A stretch of DNA of 64,000 nt from the NCBI GenBank assembly GCA_036264355.1, contig DATARD010000047.1:2763-66762 (forward strand), in the 5' to 3' direction. The notes below the pieces were generated by a model, which saw only the letters and a program-made list of their open reading frames with translations, did no database searches and was not told where the DNA came from. Shown piece by piece: positions 8,711 through 16,575 of the stretch (position 1 is its first letter; every line of letters starts with the position of its first letter). A program made the translations under genes and the position numbers. Source of the stretch: Thermoanaerobaculia bacterium (GTDB lineage Bacteria > Acidobacteriota > Thermoanaerobaculia > Multivoradales > UBA5704).

Positions 8711-11161
8711 ATGAGCATGAGCGGATGGAAGCAGATGCTGCGAAGACTGGTGCGGGAGCCCGGCTTCTCGACCATCACTGTGCTGACCCTGGCCCTCGCC
8801 CTGGCGGCGGTGGTCACGTTGTTCACCCTGGTCAACGCCGTGCTGCTGCGCCAGTTGCCGTACCCGGGGTCCGCCCGCCTGGTGGAGGTCAGCCACGCCG
8901 TCCCGGGCCTCAAGATCGATAAGCTGGACATGTCGACGCGGCTGTATCTCCATTACCTGGAGCGCAGCAAGACCCTCGCCGGAATCGCCCTCTGGAACAG
9001 CGCCGACTTCACCCTCACCGGCGACCAGGAGCCGGTTCGCATGCCCGGGGCGGTGGTCACTCCCTCCACGTTCCGCATCCTGGGGGTCAAGCCGGAGCTC
9101 GGCCGGGCCTTCAGCGAAGAAGAAGGACGGCCCGGCGGCACCTCGGTGGTGATCCTCAGCCATGACCTGTGGCAGAGCCGCTATGGGAGCGATGCCGACA
9201 TCCTCGGCCGGACGCTCCAGGTCAACGGCACGCCGCGCCAGGTGGTGGGAGTGATGCCGGCCGGCTTCGGCTTCCCCAGCCCCACGACCGAGCTGTGGGT
9301 GCCGCGGATGCTCGATCCCAGCAAGGCACGGCTGGGCTACTTCCAGGATCACGCCATCGCCCGCATCCGCAGCCAGGTCACGCTCGAGGCGGCACAGACC
9401 GAGCTCGTGCAGCTCACCCGCGACCTGGTGGGCGCCTTCCCGGACGAGGAGGCGGCGAAGCCGCTCCAGGACGGGGGCTTTCGTCCGATGCTCAAGACCC
9501 TCCTGGAGAACGCCGTCGGCCAGGTGCGGCCGGTGCTGTGGACGCTGCTTGCCGCGGCCGGGCTGATCCTCGCCATCGCCTGCGCCAACGTCGCCAATCT
9601 GTTCCTGGTGCGCTTCGAAGAGCGCTCCGGCGAGCTGGCGGTCCGCGGCGCCCTGGGGGCGAGCCGCGGCCGGCTGGTGGGTGGGCTCTTCGCCGAGGGG
9701 CTGGCTCTCGCTGTCCTCGCCGGTGGGGTGGCCGTGGTCCTGGCCTGGGGGACCTTGCGCCTGGTGGTCCGGTTCGGCGCGGGCACGGTGCCGCGTCTGC
9801 ACGAGGTGGGCATCGACGCCGTGGCGGTGCTGTTCACCTTCGGCGCGGCGCTCCTGGCGGCGGTCCTGGCGTGTCTCTTGCCGGCCTTGCGAGCGAGCCG
9901 CATCGACCTCGCGGACGTGGGGCGCGACGGCGGCCGCGCCTCCGCCGGCCTCGAACGGCACCGCCTGCGCTATGCCCTGGTGGCGGCCCAGGTCGCCTTG
10001 GGGATCGTGCTGCTGGTGGCTTGCGGGCTGGTGGTGCGGAGCCTCCTGGCCTTGCAGAAGGTCGATCCCGGGTTCAGGACGAGCGGCGCGACGACCTTCC
10101 AACTGTTCCTGCCGGCCGCGACGTATCCTGATGCGCAAGCCCGGGTGCGCTTCGTGGAGAAGACCCTGGACGGGCTGGCGGCGCTGCCGGGGGTCAGGGC
10201 GGTGGGCCTGGCCAGCTACCTGCCGCTGTCCGACGACCCGAGCGGCTCCGCGTTCGTGGTGGAGGAGCTCCCCCTGGGGCCGGGAGAGGTGCCGCCGTTC
10301 TTGATGGAGACGAACGTCAGCGCCGGCTACTTCGCCGCCCTGGGCATCCCGCTCCTGGAAGGACGGACCTTCGAGCCCGACGACTACCGCAATCGCCTGG
10401 GTCACATCGTGATCAGCCAATCGGTGGCTCGCCGCTACTGGCCGAAGGGCAGCGCGCTGGGCAAGCGGATGAAGTCGTGGTCGCCGAAGGCGGAACAGAA
10501 GGGCTGGTACACGGTGGTCGGGGTGGTGGGCGACGTGCGTCTGAAGGGCCTCGACCAGGAGCCGGTGGACCTGGTCTACGAGCCCCTCCTGGGTCTCGCC
10601 GACGGCAGCAAGGACCTCCGTTCCAGTCTCTCCTTCGTGGTCGCGAGCAGCCTGCCGGCGGCGTCTCTGACACCGTCCCTGCGCAATATCGTACACGGCG
10701 CCGACCCCAACCTGCCGATCACCCAGGTGCGGACGGTGGACAGCCTGGTGCACGACTCCTGGGCCCGCATGGCGTTCACCGTCACGGTGCTGCTGCTGGC
10801 GTCGCTGATGGCGCTGGTGATCGCGGCGGTGGGGCTCTATGGGGTGGTGTCGTACCTCGTGACCCGGCGCACCCGGGAGCTCGGCATCCGCATGGCCCTG
10901 GGGGCCGACGGCGGCCGCATTCGCCGGCTGGTCCTCGGTCATGGGCTTCTGGTCGCCGGCCTCGGCATCCTCGCCGGCGTGCTTCTGGCTTTGGCTTCCA
11001 CCCGGCTGCTGGCGTCGCTGCTGTTCCAGGTGGGGAGCCGGGATCCGCTGACGTTTGTTCTCGCGGCCCTGGTGCTTCTCCTGGTCGCTGCCGCGGCCTC
11101 TTACTTGCCTGCCGCACGTGCTGCCCGCACGGCTCCTGCCGAGGCTTTGCGCTCGACGTAG
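8711..11161 (+). CDS. ADOP-family duplicated ABC permease (MacB-like periplasmic domain plus FtsX, repeated twice).
   Basis: The protein has two FtsX-type four-helix modules and N-terminal MacB-like periplasmic core motifs (LRQLPYPGSARLVEV, VLSHDLWQSRYGSDADILGRTLQVNG). No ATPase gene is adjacent (orphan permease). The track ORF starts at 8615 inside the upstream gene, so I prefer the ATG at 8711. Confidence 0.8.
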   Translation: MSMSGWKQMLRRLVREPGFSTITVLTLALALAAVVTLFTLVNAVLLRQLPYPGSARLVEVSHAVPGLKIDKLDMSTRLYLHYLERSKTLAGIALWNSADFTLTGDQEPVRMPGAVVTPSTFRILGVKPELGRAFSEEEGRPGGTSVVILSHDLWQSRYGSDADILGRTLQVNGTPRQVVGVMPAGFGFPSPTTELWVPRMLDPSKARLGYFQDHAIARIRSQVTLEAAQTELVQLTRDLVGAFPDEEAAKPLQDGGFRPMLKTLLENAVGQVRPVLWTLLAAAGLILAIACANVANLFLVRFEERSGELAVRGALGASRGRLVGGLFAEGLALAVLAGGVAVVLAWGTLRLVVRFGAGTVPRLHEVGIDAVAVLFTFGAALLAAVLACLLPALRASRIDLADVGRDGGRASAGLERHRLRYALVAAQVALGIVLLVACGLVVRSLLALQKVDPGFRTSGATTFQLFLPAATYPDAQARVRFVEKTLDGLAALPGVRAVGLASYLPLSDDPSGSAFVVEELPLGPGEVPPFLMETNVSAGYFAALGIPLLEGRTFEPDDYRNRLGHIVISQSVARRYWPKGSALGKRMKSWSPKAEQKGWYTVVGVVGDVRLKGLDQEPVDLVYEPLLGLADGSKDLRSSLSFVVASSLPAASLTPSLRNIVHGADPNLPITQVRTVDSLVHDSWARMAFTVTVLLLASLMALVIAAVGLYGVVSYLVTRRTRELGIRMALGADGGRIRRLVLGHGLLVAGLGILAGVLLALASTRLLASLLFQVGSRDPLTFVLAALVLLLVAAAASYLPAARAARTAPAEALRST

Positions 11162-11178
11162 GGGGCGGCCCAGGGATC

Positions 11179-13233
11179 ATGAAGCTCGACACCGAATTCA
11201 TACAGTTGCCCTGGCGCTTCGACGCCGGACGGTTGGCCGCCGAGGTGGCGGCGCTCCCCGAGGAGGCCTGGCGCCCGCACCCCCAGGGGCATCCCGGCAA
11301 TTCGGCGCTGCCGCTGGTGGCGGCCGGCGGCGACCCGGCCAACGACGCCACCAAGGGGCCGATGCGGCCGACGCCGCACCTCGCGCGCCTCCCCTGCCTG
11401 CGCCAGGCGCTCGCCGCCTTCGGCACCGTCCTCGGCCGCACTCGCCTGATGCGGCTCGACGGCGACGCCGAGGCGACGCTCCATACCGACACCAACTATT
11501 ACTGGTTCGAGCGCGTGCGCATCCACCTGCCGCTGGTCACCGACCCGGCGGTGCGCTTCCTCTGCGGCGCGCGTGAGCTCCACATGGCGGCGGGCGAGGT
11601 GTGGATCTTCGACACCTGGCAGACCCACAACGTGGTGAGCCCGAACCCCACCCGCCGCATCCACCTGGTGGCCGACAGCGTCGGCTCTGCCTCGTTCTGG
11701 GCCGCGGTGGCCCGCGGCCGGCGGCCGTTCGCGGCGGACGGGCCGGCGGCCTTCGAGCCGCGCTTCGTCCCCTTCGACCCCGCCGCCGAGCCGGAGCTCG
11801 CCTTCGAGACGGTCAACCAGCCGGTGGTGATGTCGCCCTGGGAGCAGGGCGAGGTCCTGCGCTTCGTCCGCCGCGAGCTCGCGGCCGGGGACAACCCGCG
11901 GCCGCTGGCCGGCGAGCTCACCGTCCTGCTCGCCGAATTCGCGCGGGCCTGGCGGGCCCTGTGGGCGGCACACGGCGCCGCGCCCGACGGCTGGCCGGCC
12001 TTCCGCGAGCGCCTCGACCGCCTGGCGGCGGGGCTTGTCCGCTTCGAGGGGCAGTTGCGGCTCGCCAGCGGCTCCGAGGCGGTCGAGATCGTCCGCCAGC
12101 TCGCCATCCGCCCGGCCTTGAACCCGGAGCTCGCGCCGCCGGCCGTGGCGCCGGTGGCCGGGCCGGCCGGCCAGGCCGGCGACGATCCTGGCGCCTTCCG
12201 CACCGTCTATTCCCCGGGCTTCGCCGGCATCCTGGAAGGGCTCGGCGTCTCGCTCCTGGTGTCGACCTACCAGAGCGGCCGCCTGATTGCCGTCCGCGCG
12301 GACGGCCAGGGCGGCTTGAACACCCACCTCCGCGCCTTCCCGAGCCCGATGGGGATCGCGGTGACGCCGGCCGGTTTCATCCTGGGCACCGAGCGCCACG
12401 TCTGGGAGCTCGCCAACCAGCCGGAGGTGGGGAAAAAGCTCCAGCCGCACGGCAAGCACGACGCCTGCTACCTGCTGCGCAAGGTGCACGTCACCGGCGA
12501 CATCCGGGTGCACGAGCTGGCGGTGGGGCAGGACGGCCTCTTGATGATCAACACCCGCTTCTCCTGCCTGGCCGGCCTCGATGCCGACAACAGCTTCGTG
12601 CCGCGCTGGCGGCCGCCGTTCGTGACCGCCCTCTCGCCCGACGACCGCTGTCACCTGAACGGCCTCGCGATGATCGACGGCCGGCCCCGCTTCGTCACCG
12701 CCCTGGGCGCCACCGACACGCCACTGGGGTGGCGGGAGGGGAGGGCCGACGGCGGCGTGCTGGTCGACGTGCCGAGCGGCGAGATCCTGCTCTCGGGGCT
12801 CTCGGTGCCGCACTCGCCGCGCTGGTATGGCGGCCGGCTGTGGGTGCTCGAATCCGGCAAGGGGGAGGTCGGGGTGGCCGACCTCGACCACGGCCGGGTC
12901 GAGTGCCTGGCCCGGCTCCCCGGCTTTACCCGCGGCCTGGCCTTCGCCGGCCGCTACGCCTTCGTCGGGCTGTCCCAGGTCCGCGAGTCGAACCTCTTCG
13001 TCGGGCTGCCGCTTGCCGAGCGCGCCGACGAGTTGCGCTGCGGCGTCTGGGTGCTCGATCTCGGCAGCGGCACGCTCGCCGCCTTCCTGCGCTTCGAGGG
13101 GCTGGTGCAGGAGATCTTCGACCTCCAGATCCTCCCTGCCCGCTATCCCGAGATCGTCGAGCCCGACTCCGACCTGCTGGCCGACGCCTTCACCCTGCCG
13201 GCGGCGCCGCTGGCCGAGGTGGCGCCGGGGTAG
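11179..13233 (+). CDS. Fusion protein: Asp/Asn beta-hydroxylase-like cupin domain plus a TIGR03032/DUF4915-like domain.
   Basis: The N-terminal half carries HTDTNYYWFERVRIHLPLVTD...GEVWIFDTWQTHNV (2-His cupin). The C-terminal half carries GFAGILEGLGVSLLVSTYQSGRLI...RWYGGRLWVLESGKG, a motif-rich uncharacterised family. The track ORF 10477.. is an upstream over-extension. The start is set at ATG 11179, 17 bp after the permease stop. Confidence 0.65.
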   Translation: MKLDTEFIQLPWRFDAGRLAAEVAALPEEAWRPHPQGHPGNSALPLVAAGGDPANDATKGPMRPTPHLARLPCLRQALAAFGTVLGRTRLMRLDGDAEATLHTDTNYYWFERVRIHLPLVTDPAVRFLCGARELHMAAGEVWIFDTWQTHNVVSPNPTRRIHLVADSVGSASFWAAVARGRRPFAADGPAAFEPRFVPFDPAAEPELAFETVNQPVVMSPWEQGEVLRFVRRELAAGDNPRPLAGELTVLLAEFARAWRALWAAHGAAPDGWPAFRERLDRLAAGLVRFEGQLRLASGSEAVEIVRQLAIRPALNPELAPPAVAPVAGPAGQAGDDPGAFRTVYSPGFAGILEGLGVSLLVSTYQSGRLIAVRADGQGGLNTHLRAFPSPMGIAVTPAGFILGTERHVWELANQPEVGKKLQPHGKHDACYLLRKVHVTGDIRVHELAVGQDGLLMINTRFSCLAGLDADNSFVPRWRPPFVTALSPDDRCHLNGLAMIDGRPRFVTALGATDTPLGWREGRADGGVLVDVPSGEILLSGLSVPHSPRWYGGRLWVLESGKGEVGVADLDHGRVECLARLPGFTRGLAFAGRYAFVGLSQVRESNLFVGLPLAERADELRCGVWVLDLGSGTLAAFLRFEGLVQEIFDLQILPARYPEIVEPDSDLLADAFTLPAAPLAEVAPG

Positions 13234-13304
13234 GAGAACGTCCGGGCCCGAGGCTCCGGTCGGCACCCTTGCCGCCGGCCGGAGCCGCAGGTCATTGCCG
13301 GTGA

Positions 13305-13826
13305 TCAGATGCTCAGGTTGGGGACGATTTCATGCAAGGGCTTGACCGCGCCGAGCTGCCGCAGCAGGCCGAGGCTGTCCATCTCCAGCCAGCCGGCAGT
13401 GAGGGTGCCCTCCACCGGCCCACTCACGGCGAGGCCGTTGACAGTGCCGGTCGGCACCGGCTCGCCGTGCGGGCCGGTGTAGAGGCCGATGGCGGAGAGG
13501 GTGACGTAGTTGCCGGTCGGCTGGATGCCGAGGAACGGGCCGGTGTGCTGGCCGCGCAGGGTCCAGCGGATGGTGACCTCGGCTGCACCGCTCGCGGTCT
13601 CGGCGCCGAAGAGGTCGTTGACCTCCAGCTCGAAGCCGGGGAAGCCCTGGTGGAATTCGCGTGAGAACTGCTTGATACCCTCGGGGCCCGGCGCGAAGCC
13701 CGGGAAGGGGTACTGGAAGCGGAAGTCCTCGGTCAGGATCTCGTCCGCGAGGTCATAGTTGCCGTCACGGAAAACCTGTGTGAACAACTTCTCGACTGCC
13801 TGGGTGCTCGCCTGAACATTGGCCAT
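13305..13826 (-). CDS. SnoaL-like (NTF2-fold, ester-cyclase family) protein, paralog 1.
   Basis: 173 aa beginning MANVQASTQAVEKLFTQVFRDGNYDLADEILTEDFRFQYPFPGF, about 88% identical to paralog 2. Confidence 0.75.
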   Translation of the reverse strand: MANVQASTQAVEKLFTQVFRDGNYDLADEILTEDFRFQYPFPGFAPGPEGIKQFSREFHQGFPGFELEVNDLFGAETASGAAEVTIRWTLRGQHTGPFLGIQPTGNYVTLSAIGLYTGPHGEPVPTGTVNGLAVSGPVEGTLTAGWLEMDSLGLLRQLGAVKPLHEIVPNLSI

Positions 13827-13868
13827 GTCGCCTGCTCCTTCAGAGAACAGCGTTTCTCGAAAAGGCCC

Positions 13869-13883
13869 CCCTCACGCTGAGGG
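13869..13883. promoter_or_regulatory. Conserved leader hairpin ccctca-cgc-tgaggg upstream of SnoaL paralog 1 (repeated at 15909-15921 and 16483-16497).
   Basis: A perfect 6-bp stem with a 3-nt loop lies about 15-25 nt upstream of each SnoaL start. It is embedded in the conserved motif aacagcgtttcNcgaaaaNgNcc. Loop bases vary (cgc/cac) while the stem is preserved. Confidence 0.4.
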
Positions 13884-13964
13884 ACGCCTCGATCCACGGA
13901 ATTGGCAATGAGAGATTCGTGACCATAAAGGTATCGTTCATGGTAAGCGCGACCCGGGTGCGGG

Positions 13965-15335
13965 TCAAGACAGCTCGCCGGCGGCCAGATTCCGCAGTGT
14001 GCTGAGCGACGGCACGAAGGCGTAGACCGCTCCCGCGGCGTGGACGTGGCGCTGGATGGACAGGGTCTGGCGGCCGTGCAGGGGGCAGCGCAGCGTGACC
14101 GGGGCGGCGTCTTCGCCGATCAGGGGGTCGGGCCCGTCGTCGGCTTCGAAGAAGTCGGGGTCGTGGGCCCAGCCGCGCAGCAGGAACTCGAATTGCTGCT
14201 CGATGCTCGCCATGAACGAGTTCATCAGGAGGCCGCGCTCGACGTCGGGGCCGAAGCCGGGGCCGGCCTCGGGATCGTAGACCGGGCCGAACGGCACGGC
14301 GCGCCGGATCAAACGGTGCCACTCGCGGTCGACCACCAGGTTGGAGCGCGGGTACATCTTGCGGATGTGGGAAAAACGCGGCGTCTTGTGGCCGAGCGGA
14401 TCGTCTTCGTAGTCGAAGGCGGCACCCGGCGCAGCGCCGTTATCCACCTCGGGAGAGTGTGACAGGGGAGCGCCGCTCGGCCAGCGGCCGATCAGCCGGG
14501 CCGCCAACTCGTCGGTCGACATCGGCACCCCGCGGCCGGCCAGCTCGGTGCTCGCCGCGGCCAACTGGGCGCGCCAGCCCGGCACGTCCTGCTGGAGACG
14601 CTTGAAGACCTGGAAGGTGCCGTCGTGCATCCACGCCGGACAGGCGATGGGCGGACCCAGGCCGCCGGCGCCGTGGCGCGGGTGGCCGAGGACGAACTCC
14701 CCGGCCGGGGTCAGCCGGCGCTCCGGCTCCCCTTCCGCCGGATCGTCGTGGCCGAGCACCGCCGGCTGCGAGATGCCGTCGCGGAAGCCGAAGTGCTCGC
14801 GGCCGGCCATGGCTCCGGGGAGCAAGCCGCCACGCTCCATGTGCACGACGTCGACCCCGTCGATCCCGTCGCGGGCGAGCCGCCTCTCTTCTTCGAGGGC
14901 TTCCTCGAGACGCTCCAACGAAGTCGAAGCCAGGGTGATGAGGACATCGACGGGCGCCTGGCCCGGACCGCCGAAAGCCCAGCGCTCCGGCGCCCCGGGG
15001 CCGCGGTCACGCAGCTTGCCGGCGCGGGCGGCGGGGCCCTGGCGGAATGCCTCGAAGGCTTCCAGGCCGGCGAGCGCCGCGGGCGAAAGCCGGCCCAGCC
15101 CGCGATAGGAAAGACCGAGGCTCCGGTAGACGGCAGACTCACCGGCGACCGGAGCCGTGTTCACCTGCGCCGTGGCGGTGATCCCGGAGAGCACCCGCCG
15201 CAGCCAGCGGCGGGCACCTCCGGGGTCAGCCAAGGAGAGCATCAGGAAGGCCTGATGCTCTTCGGGAAATGGCGCCAGGACGTTGCCCTGGATCTCCTCC
15301 GAGGCGCGTAGGGGCGCCGCCGCGACGCAGGTCAT
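13965..15335 (-). CDS. DyP-type (dye-decolorizing) heme peroxidase.
   Basis: 456 aa with the DyP GxxDG motif (EHFGFRDGISQPAV) and the overall DyP-family length and pattern. It is flanked on both sides by SnoaL-like paralogs on the same strand. Confidence 0.75.
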   Translation of the reverse strand: MTCVAAAPLRASEEIQGNVLAPFPEEHQAFLMLSLADPGGARRWLRRVLSGITATAQVNTAPVAGESAVYRSLGLSYRGLGRLSPAALAGLEAFEAFRQGPAARAGKLRDRGPGAPERWAFGGPGQAPVDVLITLASTSLERLEEALEEERRLARDGIDGVDVVHMERGGLLPGAMAGREHFGFRDGISQPAVLGHDDPAEGEPERRLTPAGEFVLGHPRHGAGGLGPPIACPAWMHDGTFQVFKRLQQDVPGWRAQLAAASTELAGRGVPMSTDELAARLIGRWPSGAPLSHSPEVDNGAAPGAAFDYEDDPLGHKTPRFSHIRKMYPRSNLVVDREWHRLIRRAVPFGPVYDPEAGPGFGPDVERGLLMNSFMASIEQQFEFLLRGWAHDPDFFEADDGPDPLIGEDAAPVTLRCPLHGRQTLSIQRHVHAAGAVYAFVPSLSTLRNLAAGELS

Positions 15336-15343
15336 GCCGGCGA

Positions 15344-15853
15344 TCAGTAGCGCAGGTTGGGGACGACTTCCTGCAAGGGCTTGACCGCGCCGAGCTGCTG
15401 CAGCAGGCCGAGGCTGTCCATCTCCAGCCAGCCGGCACTGAGGGTGCCCTCCGCCGCCGTCCCAGTGGCGAGTTGGTCAACCGGCGGCTTTTGGCCGGGG
15501 CCGGTGTAGATGCCGATGGCGGAGACGGTCACGTAGTTGCCGGTCGGCTGGATGCCGAGGAACGGGCCGGTGTGCTGGCCGCGCAGGGTCCAGCGGATGG
15601 TGACCTCGGCTTCACCGCTCGCGGTCTCGGTGCCGAAAAGGTCGTTGACCTCCACCTCGAAGCCGGGGAATCCCTGGTTAAATTCGCGCGAGAACTGCTT
15701 GATGCCCTCGGGGCCCGGCGCGAAGCCCGGGAAGGGGTACTGGAAGCGGAAGTCCTCGGTCAGGATCTTGTCCGCGAGGTCGTAGTTGCCGTCACGGAAA
15801 ACCTGCGTAAACAACGCCTCGACTGCCTGGGTGCTCGCCTGAACATTGGCCAT
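15344..15853 (-). CDS. SnoaL-like (NTF2-fold) protein, paralog 2.
   Basis: 169 aa beginning MANVQASTQAVEALFTQVFRDGNYDLADKILTEDFRFQYPFPGF. Its stop lies 9 bp from the DyP start. Confidence 0.75.
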   Translation of the reverse strand: MANVQASTQAVEALFTQVFRDGNYDLADKILTEDFRFQYPFPGFAPGPEGIKQFSREFNQGFPGFEVEVNDLFGTETASGEAEVTIRWTLRGQHTGPFLGIQPTGNYVTVSAIGIYTGPGQKPPVDQLATGTAAEGTLSAGWLEMDSLGLLQQLGAVKPLQEVVPNLRY

Positions 15854-15936
15854 GTCGCCTGCTCCTTCTTTAGATAACTAGGTAACAGCGTTTCCCGAAA
15901 AAGACCTTCCTCACGCTGAGGGACGCCCCCAGCGAT

Positions 15937-16442
15937 CAGTAGCGCAGGTTGGGGACGACTTCCTGCAAGGGCTTGACCGCGCCCAACTGCTGCAGCAGGC
16001 CGAGGGTGTCCATCTCCAGCCAGCCGGAACTGAGGGAGCCCTCCGCCGCCGTCCCCGTCCCAGGGGTGGTCGGCTAGGTCGGCGGATGGCCCTTGTAGAT
16101 GCCGATGGCGGAGACGGTGACGTAGTTGCCGGTCGGCTGGATGCCGAGGAACGGGCCGGTGTGCTGGCCGCGCAGAGTCCAGCGGATGGAGACCTCGGCT
16201 TCACCGCTCAGGGTCTCGGTGCCGAAGAGGTCGTTGACCTCCACCTCGAAGCCGGGGAAGGCCTGGTGGAATTCGCGGGAAAACTGCTTGATGCCCTCGG
16301 GGCCCGGCGCGAAGCCCGGGAAGGGGTACTGGAAGCGGAAGTCCTCGGTCAGGATTTCGTCCGCGAGGTCGTAGTTGCCGTCACGGAAGACCTGCGTGAA
16401 CAACTTCTCGACTGCCTGGGTGCTCGCCCGAACATTATCCAT
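15937..16442 (-). pseudogene. SnoaL-like paralog 3, interrupted by an in-frame TAG.
   Basis: A homologous start (MDNVRASTQAVEKLFTQ) lies at 16442. The reading frame then hits TAG at 16071-16073 (…SAIGIYKGHPPT*). The same frame continues after the stop with the conserved C-terminus (…GTAAEGSLSSGWLEMDTLGLLQQLGAVKPLQEVVPNLRY*). The track ORF 16074..16511 carries a spurious N-terminal extension. Confidence 0.65.
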
Positions 16443-16575
16443 GTCGCCTGCTCCTTTAGGTAACAGCGTTTCGAAAAGACCCCCCTCACACTGAGGGACG
16501 TCTCGATTCACGGGGGCGGCGTAAGAAATTCATGATCGTCAATGTAACGTATGGTAAGCGCGGCCCGGCCGCGGG

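Noticed and set aside
5353-8931. 1192-aa minus-strand ORF, plus 6375..7577 and other internal ORFs
   Set aside because: Antisense or alternate-frame shadows inside the 2079-aa Kelch/peptidase gene. They are R/G/H-rich with no motifs.
10477-11178. Upstream 234-codon extension of the hydroxylase ORF (track start 10477)
   Set aside because: It overlaps the C-terminal third of the permease gene in another frame. The homologous protein begins at ATG 11179.
8522-13304. Large minus ORFs 8522..10942 and 11101..13266, and + ORF 11601..13304
   Set aside because: Shadow ORFs opposite or out of frame with the ADOP permease and hydroxylase-TIGR03032 genes, which have strong motif support.
13965-15335. 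DyP peroxidase as encapsulin cargo
   Set aside because: No encapsulin shell gene and no obvious C-terminal cargo-loading peptide were found in the window. The neighbours are SnoaL-like genes and an exporter instead.
16074-16511. N-terminal extension MNRDVPQCEGGLFETLLPKGAGD of SnoaL copy 3
   Set aside because: The paralogs start at the internal Met (MDNV/MANV). The extension covers the conserved leader/hairpin region.
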